Below, in pieces: positions 1-12,959 of a stretch of 64,000 nt of DNA. Numbering within the stretch: position 1 is the stretch's first letter; each line of letters opens with the position of its first letter. A program made the translations under genes and the position numbers. A model generated the notes under the pieces. The model ran no database searches and was not told the origin of the DNA. It was given only the letters and a program-made list of their open reading frames with translations. Origin of the DNA: the human T2T-CHM13v2.0 reference genome, Homo sapiens; the NCBI RefSeq assembly GCF_009914755.1, contig NC_060933.1; one strand, given 5' to 3'.

Positions 1-235
1 CACTAGGTTTGATTCCATTCCACTGCATTCCATTCCATTCCATTCCGTTCCATTCCATTCCATTACATTCGGATTGATTGTATTCAATTCCCTTACACTC
101 CATTACATTCCATTCCATTCGGGTTGTTTCCATTCCATTGCATTCCATTCCATTCCATTCCATTCCATTTCGTTCCATTTCGTTCCATTCTATTCTATTC
201 CTTACCATTCCATTCCATTCCATTCCATTGCACAC
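1..235 (-). repeat. Satellite III block in the opposite orientation ((CATTC)n on +)
   Basis: CATTC pentamers with reverse-complement landmarks, e.g. TTCGGGTTG at ~118-126 and CAATTCCCTTACACTCC at ~85-101. The block ends at CATTGCACAC, immediately followed by GGAAT. It continues off the left edge of the window. Confidence 0.96.
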
Positions 236-381
236 GGAATGGAATGGAATGGAAACAACACGAATGGAATGGAATGTAATGGAGTGTAAGGGAATTGAAT
301 ACAATCAATCCGAATGTAATGTAATGGAATGGAACGGAATGGAATGGAATGGAATGCAGTGGAATGGAATCAAACCTAGTG
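1..381. repeat. Inverted repeat (fold-back) at the strand switch: arms 1-146 and 236-381, spacer 147-235
   Basis: Position i pairs with 382-i. Mismatches seen only at 60/322, 122/260 and 140/242. The arms share rare variants GAATACAATCAATCCG, GCAGTGG and CAAACCTAGTG. Confidence 0.92.
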
Positions 382-3300
382 CAATGGAATGGAATGGAAT
401 GGAATGGAATGGAAGGGATTGGATTCAACCCAAATGGAATGGAAAGCAATGGAATCAACCCGAGTGGAATGGCATGGAATGGAATGGAATGGAATGGAAT
501 GGAATGGTACAGAATAGAATGGAATGGAACGAAATGGAATGGAATGGAATGGAATGGAACGGAATGGAATGGAATCAACTCGATTGCAATGGAATGTAAT
601 GGAATGGAATGGAATGGAATTAACGCGAATAGAATGGAATGGAATGTAATGGAACGGAATGGAATGGAATGGGATGGAATGGAATCAATCTGAGTGCAGG
701 GGAATGGAATGGAAAGGAATGCAATGGAATGGAATGGAATGGAATGGAATGGAATGCAATGGAATCAACTAGATTGCAATGGGATGGAATGGAATGGAAT
801 GGAATGGAAGGGAATGGAATGGAATGGAATTAACCTGAACAGAATGGAATGGAATGGAATGGAACGGAATGGAAGGGAATGGAATGGAATGGAATTAACC
901 TGAACAGAATGGAATAGAATGGAATGGAACGGAATGAAATGGAATGGAATGGAATGGAATGCAATGGAATGGGATCAACCCGAGTGCAGGGGAATGGAAT
1001 GGAATGGAATGCAATGGAATGGAATCAATCGACCCGAGTGCAATAGAATGCAGTGGAATGGAATGGAATGCAATGGAAAGTAACCGAATGGAATGGAATG
1101 TAATGGAGTGTAAGGGAATTAAAAAGAATCAATCCGAATGTAATGGAATGGAATTGAAAGGAAAGGAATGGAAAGGAATGGAATGGAATGGAACGGAATG
1201 AAATGGAATGGCATAGAATGGAATGGAATCAACCCGAGCGCAATGGAATGGAATGGAATGGAATGCAATGGATTCAACCCGAATGGAATGGAAAGGAATG
1301 GAATAAACCCGAGTGAAATGGCATGGAAGGGAATGGAATGGAATGGAATGGTACAGAGTAGAATGGAATGGAACGAAATGGAATGGAATGGAATGGAATG
1401 GAATGGAATGGACCCGTGAGCAATGGAATGGAATGGAATGGAATGGAATGGAAGGGAATGGAATGGGTTAAATTCGAATGGAATGGAAAGGAATGGAATC
1501 AAACGGAGTGCAATGGCATGGAATGGAATGGAATGGAATGGAATGGAATGGAATGGAATCAACCCGAATGGAATGGAAAGGAATGGAATAAACCCGAGTG
1601 GAATGGCATGGAATGGAGTGGAATGGAATGGAATGGAATGGAATGGAATGGAATGGAATGGAATGGAATTAACCCTAATAGAATGGAATGTAATGTAATG
1701 GAATGGAATGGAATGGAATGGAAGGGAATGGAATGGAATGGAATGGAATGGAATTAACACGAATAGAATGGAATGGAATGGAATGGAATGGAATGGAATG
1801 GAATGGAATCAACTCGATTTCAATGGAACGGAATGGAATGGAATGGAATGGAATGGAAGGGAATGGAATGAAATTAACCCGAATAGAATGGAATGGAATG
1901 GAATGGAATGGAATGGAATGGAATGGAATGGAATGGAATAGAATGGAATCCAACCGAGTGCAGTGGAATGGAATGGAATGGAATGCAATGGAATGGAATC
2001 ATACGGAATGGAATGGAATGGAATGGAATGAAATGGAATGGAATGCAATGGAATGGAATGGAATAAACCCGAGTGGAATGGCATGGAATGGAGTGGAATG
2101 GAATTCAATGGAAGGGAATGGTACGGAATAGAATGGAATGGAACGAAATGGAATGGAATGGAATGGAATGGAATGGAATGAACCCGTGTGCAATTGAATG
2201 GAATCGAATGGAATGGAAGGCAATGGAATGGATTCAACTAGAATGGAATGGAAAGGAATGGAATCAACCCGAGTGGAATGGCATGGCATGGAATGGAATG
2301 GAATGGAATGGAAAGGAATAGTACGGAATAGAATGGAATCCACCCGATTGCAGGGGAATGGAATGGAATGGAATGGAATGGAATGGAATGGAATGGAATG
2401 GATTCAACCCGAATGGAATGGAAAGGAATGGAATCAACCCGAGTGGATTGGCATGGAATGGAATGGAATGGAATGGAATGGTAGGGAATAGAATGGAATG
2501 GAACGAAATGGAATGGAATGGAATGGAATGGAATGGAATGGAATCAAGCTGAGTGCAATGGAATGGAGTGGAAGGGAATGTAATGGAACGGAAACAACAC
2601 AAATGGAATGGAATGTAATGGAGTGTAAGGGAATTGAATACAAAAATCCGAATGTAATGGAATGGAATGGAATGGAATGCAATGGAATGGAAAAGAATGG
2701 AATGGAATGAAATGGAATGGCAGGGAATGGAATGGAATCAACCCGAGTGCAATGGAATGGAATGGAATGGAATGGAATGGAATGGAATGGATTCAACCCG
2801 AATGGAATGGAAAGGAATGGAATAAACCCGAGTGGAATGGCATGGAATGGAATGGAATGGAATGGAATGGTACGGAATAGAATGGAATGGAACGAAATGG
2901 AATGGAATGGAATGGAATGGAATGGAATGGAATGGAATGGAATCAACCTCAGTGCAATGGAATGGAATGGAATGGAATGGAATGGAATGGAAACAACCCG
3001 AATGGAATGGAATGTAATGGAGTGTAAGGAATTGAATACAATCAATCCGAATGTAATGGAATGGAAAGGAACAGAATGGAATGGAATGGAATGCAGTGGA
3101 ATGGATTCAAACCTAGTGCAATGGAATGGAATGGAATGGAATGGAATGGAATGGAATGGATTGGATTCAACCCAAATGGAATGGACAGCAATAGAATCAA
3201 CCCGAGTGGAATGGCATGGAATGGAATGGAATGGAATGGAATGCAATGGAATGGAATGGTACGGAATAGAATGGAATGGAACGAAATGGAATGGAATGGA

Positions 3301-3660
3301 ATGGAATGGAACGGTATGGAATGGAATCAACTCGATTGCAATGGAATGTAATGGAATGGAATGGAATTAACGCGAATAGAATGGAATGGAATGGAATGGA
3401 ACGGAATGGAATGGAATGGGATGGAATGGAATCAATCTGAGTGCAGGGGAATGGAATGGAATGGAATGCAATGGAATGGAATGGAATGGAATGGAATGCA
3501 ATGGAATGGAATGGAATGGAATGGAATGCAATGGAATCAACTCGATTGCAATGGGATGGAATGGAATGGAATGGAATGGAAGGGAATGGAATGGAATGGA
3601 ATTAACCTGAACAGAATGGAATGGAATGGAATGGAACGGAATGGAATGGAATGGAATGGA
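250..3660 (+). repeat. Direct duplication: ~250-880 repeated at ~2990-3650 (offset ~2.75 kb)
   Basis: Same rare markers in the same order: GAATACAATC (297/3034), AAACCTAGTG (372/3109), TAACGCGAAT (621/3368), CAATCTGAGTGCAGG (686/3433), TAACCTGAACAG (831/3603). Confidence 0.8.
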
Positions 3661-5399
3661 ATGGAATCAACCCGATTGCAATGGAATGGAGTGGAATGGA
3701 ATGGAATGGAATGGAAACAACCCGAATGGAATGGAATGTAATGGAGTGTAAGGGAATTGAATAGAATAAATACGAATATAATGGAATGGAATGGAACGGA
3801 ATGGAATGCAATGGAATGGAATGCAATGCAATGGAATGGGATCAACCCGAGTGTAATGGAATGGAATCGAAAGGAATGGAATGGAATGGAATGGTTTCAA
3901 CCCGAATGGAATGGAAAGGAATGGAATCATCCCGAGTGGAATGGAATGGAATGGAATGGAATGGAATGGAATGGAATGGAATGGAATGGAATGAACCCGT
4001 GTGCAATGGAATGGAATCGAATGGAATGGAATGGAATGGAATGGAATGGATTCAAGTCGAATGGAATGGAAAGGAATGGAATCAACCCGAGTGGAATGGC
4101 ATGGAATGGAATGGAATGAAATGGAATGGAATGGAATGGAGTGGTACGGAATAGAACGGAATGAAACGAAATGGAATGGAATGGAATGGAATGGAAAGGA
4201 ATGGAATGGAATCAACCCGAGTACAGGGGAATGGAATGGAATGGAAGGCAATGGAATGCAATCATCCGGAATTGAATGGAATGGAATGGAATGGAATGGA
4301 ATCAACTCGATTGCAATGGAATGTAATGGAATGGAATGGAATGGAATTAACCCTAATAGAATGGAATGGAATGGAATGGAAGGGAATGGAATGGAATGGA
4401 ATGGAATGGAATTAACCGGAATAGAATGCAATGGAATGGAATGGAATGGAATGAAATGGAATCAACTCGATTTCAATGGAATGGAATGGAATGCAATGGA
4501 ATGGAATGGAATGGAATGGAATGAAATTAACCCGAATAGAATGGAATGGAATGGAATGGAATGGAATGGAATGGAATGGAATGGAATAGAGTGGAATGGA
4601 ATGGAATGGAATAGAATGGAATCCACCCGAGTGCAGGGGAATGGAATGGAATGGAATGCAAAGGAATGGAATCATACGGAATGGAATGGAATGGAATGGA
4701 ATGGAATCAACCCGATTGCAATGGAATGGAGTGGAATGGAATGGAATGGAATGGAAACAACCCGAATGAAATGGAATGGAATGGAGTGTAAGGGAAGTGA
4801 ATAGAATCAATACGAATGTAATGGAATGGAATGGAACGGAATGGAATGCAATGGAATGGAATGGAATCCAATGGAATGGGTTCAACCCTAGTGCAATGGA
4901 ATGGAATCGAAAGTAATGGAATGGAATGGAATGGATTCAACACGAATGGAATGGAAAGGAATGGAATCAACCCGAGTGGAATGGAATTTAATGGAATGGA
5001 ATGGAATGGAATGCTGTGAAATGGAATCAAACCTAGTGCAATGGAATGGAATGGAATGGAATGGAATGGAATGGATTAGATTCAACCCAAATGGAATGGA
5101 AAGCAATGGAATCAACCCGAGTGGAATGGCATGGAATGCAATGGAATGGAATGGAATGGAAAGGTACGGAATAGAATGGAATGGAACGAAATGGAATGGA
5201 ATGGAATGGAATGGATTGGAATGGAATGGAATGGAATGGAATGGAAAGGAATAGCATGGAATCAACACGAGTGTAATGGAATGGAAAGGACTGGAATGGA
5301 GTGGAATGGCATGGAATGGAATGGAATGGAATGGAATCAACTCGATTGGAATGGAATGGAATGGAATGGAATGGAATGGAATGGAATGGAATGGAATGG

Positions 5400-8300
5400 A
5401 ATTAACCCGAATAGAATGGAATGGAATGGAATGGAACGGAACGGAACGGAATGGAATGGAATGGAATGGAATGCAATCAACCCGACTGCAGGGGAATGGA
5501 ATGGAATGGAATGGAATGGAATGGAATGGAATGGAATCATCCGGAACGGAATGGAATGGAATGGAATGGAATCAACTCGATTGCAATGGAATGGAAGGGA
5601 ATGGAATGGAATCGAATGTAATGGAATGGAATTAACCAGAATAGAATGGAATGGAATGGAATGGAACGGAATGGAATGGAATGGAATGGAATGGAATGGA
5701 ATCAACCCGACTGCAGGGGAACGGAATGGAATGGAATGCAACGGAATGGAATCATCCGGAATGGAATGGAATGGAATGGAATGCCATCAACCTGATGCAA
5801 TGGAATGGAGTGGAATGGAATGGAATGGAATGGAATGGAAACATCCCGAATGGAATGGAATGTAATGGAGTGTAAGGGAATTGAATAGAGTCAATCCGAA
5901 TGTAATGGAATGGAATGGAATGAAATGGAATGTAATGGAATGGAATGGAATCAACCCGAGTGCAATGGAATGGACTCGAATGGAATGGAATGGAATGGAA
6001 TGGATTCAACAAGAATGGAATGGAAAGGAATGGAATCAACCCGAGTGTAATGGCATGCAATGGAACGGAATGGAATGGGATGGAATGGAATGGTACGGAA
6101 CAGAATGGAATGGAATGAAATGGAATGGAATGCAATGGAATGGAATGGAATGGAATGGAATGAACCCGTGTGCAATGGAATGGAATAGAATGGAATGGAT
6201 TCAACTCGAATGGAATCATATCGATTGCAATGGAATGGAATGGAATGGAAAGGAATAGAATGGAATCAACCCGAGTGGAATGGAATGGAAAGGACTGGAA
6301 TGGAGTGGAATGCAATGGAATGGAATTAACCCGAATAGAATGAAATGGAACGGAATGGAACGGAATGTAATGCAATGGAATCGAATGGAATCAACCAGAG
6401 TGCAGGGGAATGGAATGGAATGGAATGCAATGCAATGGAATCATCCGGAATGGAATGGAATGGAATGGAATGGAATCAACTCGATTTCAATGGAATGGAA
6501 TGGAATAGAATGGAATGGAATTAACACGAATAGAATGGAATGGAATGGAATGCAATGGAACAGAAAGGAATGGAATGGAATGGAATGGAATCAACCCAAG
6601 TGCAGGGGAATGGAATGGAATGGATTTCAATGGAATGGAATCATCCGGAATGGAATGGAATGGAATGGAATGGAATGGAATGGAATGGAATGGAATCAAC
6701 CCGAGTGCAATGGAATGGAGAGGAATGGAATGGAATGGAATGCAAACTACCCGAATGGAATGGAATGTAATGGAGTGTAAGGGAATTGAATAGAATGAAT
6801 CCGAATGGAATGGAATGGAATGGAAAGGAATGGAATGGAATGGAATGGAATGCAATGCCATGGAATCAACCCGAGTGCAATCGAATGGAATCGAATGGAA
6901 TGGAATGCAATGGAATGGATTCAACTTGAATGGAATGGAAAGAATGGAATCAACACGAGTGGAATGGCATGGATTGGAATGGAATGGAATGGAATCAACC
7001 CGAGTACAGGGGAATGGAATGGAATGGAATGAAATGGAATGGAATCATACGTAATGCAATGGAAAGGAATGGAATGGAATGGAATGGAATGGAATGGAAT
7101 GGAATGGAATCAACTCGATTGCAATCGAATGGAATGGAATGGAATTAACCCGCACAGAATGGAATGGAATGGAATGGAATGGAACGGAACGGAATGGAAT
7201 GGAATGGAATGGAATGGAATGGAATGGAATGGAATCAACCCGACTGCAGGGGAATGGAATGGAATGGAATGGAATGGAATGGAATGGAATCATCCGGAAC
7301 GGAATGGAATGGAATGGAATGGAATCAACTCGATTGCAATGGAATGGAAGGGAATGGAATGGAATCGAATGTAATGGAATGGAATTAACCAGAATAGAAT
7401 GGAATGGAATGGAATGGAACGGAATGGAATGGAATGGAATGGAACGGAATGGAATGGAATCAACCCGAGTGCAGGGGAACGGAATGGAATGGAATTCAAC
7501 GGAATGGAATCATCCGGAATAGAATGGAATGGAATGGAATGCCATCAACCTGATGCAATGGAATGGAGTGGAATGGAATGGAATGGAATGGAAACATCCC
7601 GAATGGAATGGAATGTAATGGAGTGTAAGGGAATTGAATAGAATCAATCCGAATGTAATGGAATGGAATGGAATGAAATGGAATGGAATGGAATGGAATG
7701 GAATCAACCCGAGTGCAATGGAATGGATTCGAATGGAATGGAATGGAATGGAATGGATTCAACAAGAATGGAATGGAAAGGAATGGAATCAACCCGAGTG
7801 TAATGGCATGGAATGGAACGGAATGGAATGGGATGGAATGGAATGGTACGGAATAGAATGGAATGGAATGAAATGCAATGGAATGGAATGGAATGGAATG
7901 GAATGGAATGAACCCGTGTGCAACTGAATGGAATGGAATGGAATGGATTCAACTCGAATGGAATCAAATCGATTGCAATGGAATGGAATGGAATGGAAAG
8001 GAATAGAATGGAATCAACCCGAGTGGAATGGAATGGAAAGGACTGGAATGCAATGGAATGGAATTAACCCGAATAGAATGAAATGGAACGGAATGGAACG
8101 GAATGTAATGCAATGGAATCGAATGGAATCAACCAGAGTGCAGGGGAATGGAATGGAATGGAATGCAATGCAATGGAATCATCCGGAATGGAATGGAATG
8201 GAATGGAATGGAATGGAATGGAATGGAATGGAATGGAATGGAATCAACTCGATTTCAATGGAATGGAATGGAATAGAATGGAATGGAATTAACACGAATA

Positions 8301-8990
8301 GAATGGAATGGAATGGAATGGAATGGAACAGAAAGGAATGGAATGGAATGGAATGGAATCAACCCAAGTGCAGGGGAATGGAATGGAATGGAATTCAATG
8401 GAATGGAATCATCCGGAATGGAATGGAATGGAATGGAATGGAATGGAATGGAATGGAATGGAATGGAATCAACCCGAGTGCAATGGAATGGAGAGGAATG
8501 GAATGGAATGGAATGAAAACTACCTGAATGGAATGGAATGTAATGGAGTGTAAGGGAATTGAATAGAATGAATCCGAATGGAATGGAATGGAATGGAAAG
8601 GAATGGAATGGAATGGAATGGAATGCAATGCCATGGAATCAACCCGAGTGTAATCGAATGGAATCGAATGGAATGGAATGCAATGGAATGGATTCAACTT
8701 GAATGGAATGGAAAGAATGGAATCAACACGAGTGGAATGGCATGGATTGGAATGGAATGGAATGGAATCAACCCGAGTACAGGGGAATGGAATGGAATGG
8801 AATGAAATGGAATGGAATCATACGTAATGTAATGGAAAGGAATGGAATGGAATGGAATGGAATGGAATGGAATGGAATGGAATGGAATCAACTCGATTGC
8901 AATCGAATGGAATGGAATGGAATTAACCCGCACAGAATGGAATGGAATGGAATGGAATGGAACGGAACGGAATGGAATGGAATGGAATGG
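5400..8990 (+). repeat. Tandem pair of ~1.76-kb higher-order units
   Basis: GCCATCAACCTGATGC (5783/7541), CAACAAGAATGG (6007/7760), GCCATGG (6857/8630), CATACGTAATG (7046/8819), CCGCACAG (7150/8928); offsets 1753-1778. Confidence 0.9.
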
Positions 8991-9208
8991 AATGGAATGG
9001 AAGGGATCGGAATGGAATGGAATGGAATGGAATGGAATGGAATCAACACGAGTCCAGGGGAATGGAATGGAATGGAAGGCAATGCAATGGAATCTTCCGG
9101 AATGGAATGGAATGGAATGCAATGGATTCAACTCGATTGCAATGGAATGGAATAGAATGGAATGGAATGGAATGGAATGGAATTAACCCGAATGGAATGG
9201 AATGGAAT

Positions 9209-9243
9209 GGAACGGAACGGAACGGAACGGAACGGAACGGAAC
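9209..9243 (+). repeat. (GGAAC)7 variant microsatellite run
   Basis: Seven consecutive GGAAC units; similar runs at 26071-26100 (x6) and 32201-32225 (x5). Confidence 0.9.
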
Positions 9244-12200
9244 GGAATGGAATGGAATGGAATGGAATTGTATGGAATGGAATGGAATGGTACGGAATAG
9301 AATGGAATGGAAAGAATTGGAATGGAATGGAATCGAATGGAATGGAATGGAATGGAATGGAATCAACCCGAGTGCAGGGGAATGTAATGGAACGGAATGT
9401 AATGGAATGGAATCATCCGGAATGGAATGGAATGGAATGGAATGGAATGGAATGGAATGGAATCAAACCGAGTGCAATGGAATGGAGTGGAATGGAATGG
9501 AATGGAATGGAACAACCCGAATGGAATGGAATGTAATGGAGAGTAAGGGAGTTGAATAGAATCAATCCGAATGTAATGGAATGGAATGGAACGGAATGGA
9601 ATGGAATGGAATGGAATGGAATGGAATCGTTCGGAGTGGAATAAGAGGGAATGTATTCGAGTGGAATGGAAAGCAATGGAATCAACCAGAGTGGAATGGA
9701 AGGGAATGGAATGGAATGGAAACTAATAGATTGGAATCAACCCGAGTGGAATGGAATGGAAAGGACTGGAATGGAATGGAATGGAATGGAATGGAATCAA
9801 CTGGATGGTAATGGAATGGAATGGAATGGAATGGAATGGAATGGAATTAACCCGAATACAATGGAATGGAATGGAATGGAATGGAATGGAATGGAACGGA
9901 ATGGAGTCGAATGGAATGGATTCAACCCGAGTGCAGGGGAATGGAATGGAATGGAATGCAATGGAATGGAATCATCCGGAATGGAATGGAATGGAATGGA
10001 ATGCAAAGCAATGGAATCAACTCGATTGCAATGGAAAGGAATGGAATGGAATGGAATAGAATGGAATCAACCTGATTGGAATGGAATGGAAAGGACTGGA
10101 ATGGAGTGGAATGGAATGGAATGGAATGGAATGGAATGCAATGGAATGGTATGGAATGGAATGGAATGGTACGGAATAGAATGGAATGGAAGGAATTGTA
10201 ATGGAATGGAATTCAATGGAATGGAATGGAATGGAATGGAATCAACGCGAGTGCAGGGGAATGTAATGGAACGGAATGCAATGGAATGGAATCATCCGGA
10301 ATGGAATGGAATGGAATGGAATGGAATGGAATCAACCCGAGTGCAATGGAATGGAGTGGAATGGAATGGAATGGAATGGAACAACCCGAATGGAATGGAA
10401 TGTAATGGAGAGTAAGTGAGTTGAATAGAATCAATCCGAATGTAATGGAATGGAACGGAATGGAATGGAATGGAATGGAATGGAATGGAATGGAATGGAA
10501 TGGAATGCAATGGAATAGAATCAACCCGAGTACAATGGAACGGAATGGAATGGAATGGAATGGAATGGAATGGAATGGAATGGAATGGAATCAACCCGAG
10601 TGCAATGGAATGGAGAGGAATGGAATGGAATGGAATGGAAACTACCCGAATGGAATGGAATGTAATGGAGTGTAAGGGAATTGAATAGAATCAATCCGAA
10701 TGGAATGCAATGGAATGCAATGGAACGGAATGGAATGGAATGGAATGGAATGGAATGGAAAGGAACGGAACGGAACGGAACGGAATGGAATGGAATGGAA
10801 TGGAATGGAATGGAATGGAATCAACACGAGTGCACGGGAATGGAATGGAATGGAATGCAATGGAATGGAATCTTCCGGAATGGAATGGAATGGAATGGAA
10901 TGGAATGAAATGCAGTGGATTCAACTCGATTGCAATGGAATGGAATGGAATGGATTGGAATTAACCCGAATAGAATCGAATGGAATGGAATGGAACGGAA
11001 TGGAACGGAATGGAATGGAATGGAATGGAATGGAATGGAATGGTATGAAATGGAATGGAATGGTACGGAATAGAATGGAATGGAACGAATTGTAATGGAA
11101 TGGAATTGAATGGAATGGAGTGGAATGGAATGGAATCAACGCGAGTGCAGGGGAATGTAACGGAACGGAATGCAATGGAATGGAATCATCCGGAATGGAA
11201 TGGAATGGAATCAACCCGAGTGCAATGGAATGGAGTGGAATGGAATGGAATGGAATGGAACAACCCGAATGGAATGGAATGTAATGGAGAGTAAGGGAGT
11301 TGAAAAGAATCAATCCGAATGTAATGGAATGGAATGGAACGGAATGGAATGGAATGGAATGGAATGGAATGCAATGGAATGGAATCAACCCGAGTACAAT
11401 GGAATGGAATGGAATGGAATGGAATGGAACGGAATGGAATGGAATGGAATGCAATGGAATGGAATCTTCCGGAATGGAAAGGAATGGAATGGAATGGAAT
11501 GGAATGGAATGGAATGCAATGGATTCAACTCGATTGCAATGGAATGGAATAGAATGGAATGGAATGGAATGGAATGGAATTAAACCGAATAGAATGGAAT
11601 GGAATGGAATGGAACGGAACGGAACGGAACTGAACGGAACGGAACGGAGTGGAATGGAATGGAATGGAATTGTATGGAATGGAATGGAATGGTACGGAAT
11701 AGAATGGAATGGAATGAATTGGAATTGAATGGAATCGAATGGAATGGAATGGAATGGAATGGAATCAACCCGAGTGCAGGGGAATGTAATGGAACGGAAT
11801 GCAATGGAATGGAATCATCCGGAATGGAATGGAATTGAATGGAATGGAATGGAATGGAATGGAATGGAATGGAATCAACCCGAGTGCAATGGAATGGAGT
11901 GGAATGGAATGGAATGGAATGGAACAACCCGAATGGAATGGAATGTAATGGAGAGTAAGGGAGTTGAATAGAATCAATCCGAATGTAATGGAATGGAACG
12001 GAATGGAATGGAATGGAATGGAATGGAATGGAATGGAATGCAATGGAATGGAATCAACCCGAGTACATTGGAACGGAATGGAATGGAATGGAATGGAATG
12101 GAATGGAATGGATTGGAATGGAATGGAATCAACCCGAGTGCAATGGAATGGAGAGGAATGGAATGGAATGGAATGGAAACTACCCGAATGAAATGGAATG

Positions 12201-12959
12201 TAATGGAGTGTAACGGAATTGAATAGAATCAATCCGAATGGAATGGAATGGAATGGAACGGAATGGAATGGAATGGAATGGAATGGAATGGAAAGGAACG
12301 GAACGGAACGGAACGGAATGGAATGGAATGGAATGGAATGGAATGGAATGGAATCAACGCGAATGCAGGGGAATGGAATGGAATGGAATGCAATGGAATG
12401 GAATCTTCCTGAATGGAATGGAATGGAATGGAATGGAATGAAATGCAATGGATTCAACTCGATTGCAATGGAATGGAATAGAATGGAATGGAATTGAATG
12501 GAATGGAATGGAATTAACCCGAATAGAATCGAATGGAATGGAATGGAACGGAATGGAACGGAATGGAATGGAATGGAATGCAATGGAATGGAATGGTATG
12601 AAATGGAATGGAATGGTACGGAATAGAATGGAATGGAACGAATTGTAATGGAATGGAATTGAATGGAATGGAGTGGAATGGAATGGAATCAACGCGAGTG
12701 CAGGGGAATGTAATGGAACGGAATGCAATGGAATGGAATCATCCGGAATGGAATGGAATGGAATGGAATGGAATGGAATCAACCCGAGTGCAATGGAATG
12801 GAGTGGAATGGAATGGAATGGAATGAAACAACCCGAATGGAATGGAATGTAATGGAGAGTAAGGGAGTTGAATAGAATCAATCCGAATGTAATGGAATGG
12901 AATGCAACGGAATGGAATGGAATGGAATGGAATGGAATGGAATGGAATGGAATGGAATG

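Noticed and set aside
226-245. Telomere-fusion-type junction, or an HSE created by the strand switch
   Set aside because: The repeat is not TTAGGG, and the TTC and GAA units across the junction are not in nTTCnnGAAn spacing.
1-381. Transposon terminal inverted repeats/MITE or an intrinsic terminator
   Set aside because: Arms and spacer are pure satellite; there is no target-site duplication, internal ORF or U-tract.
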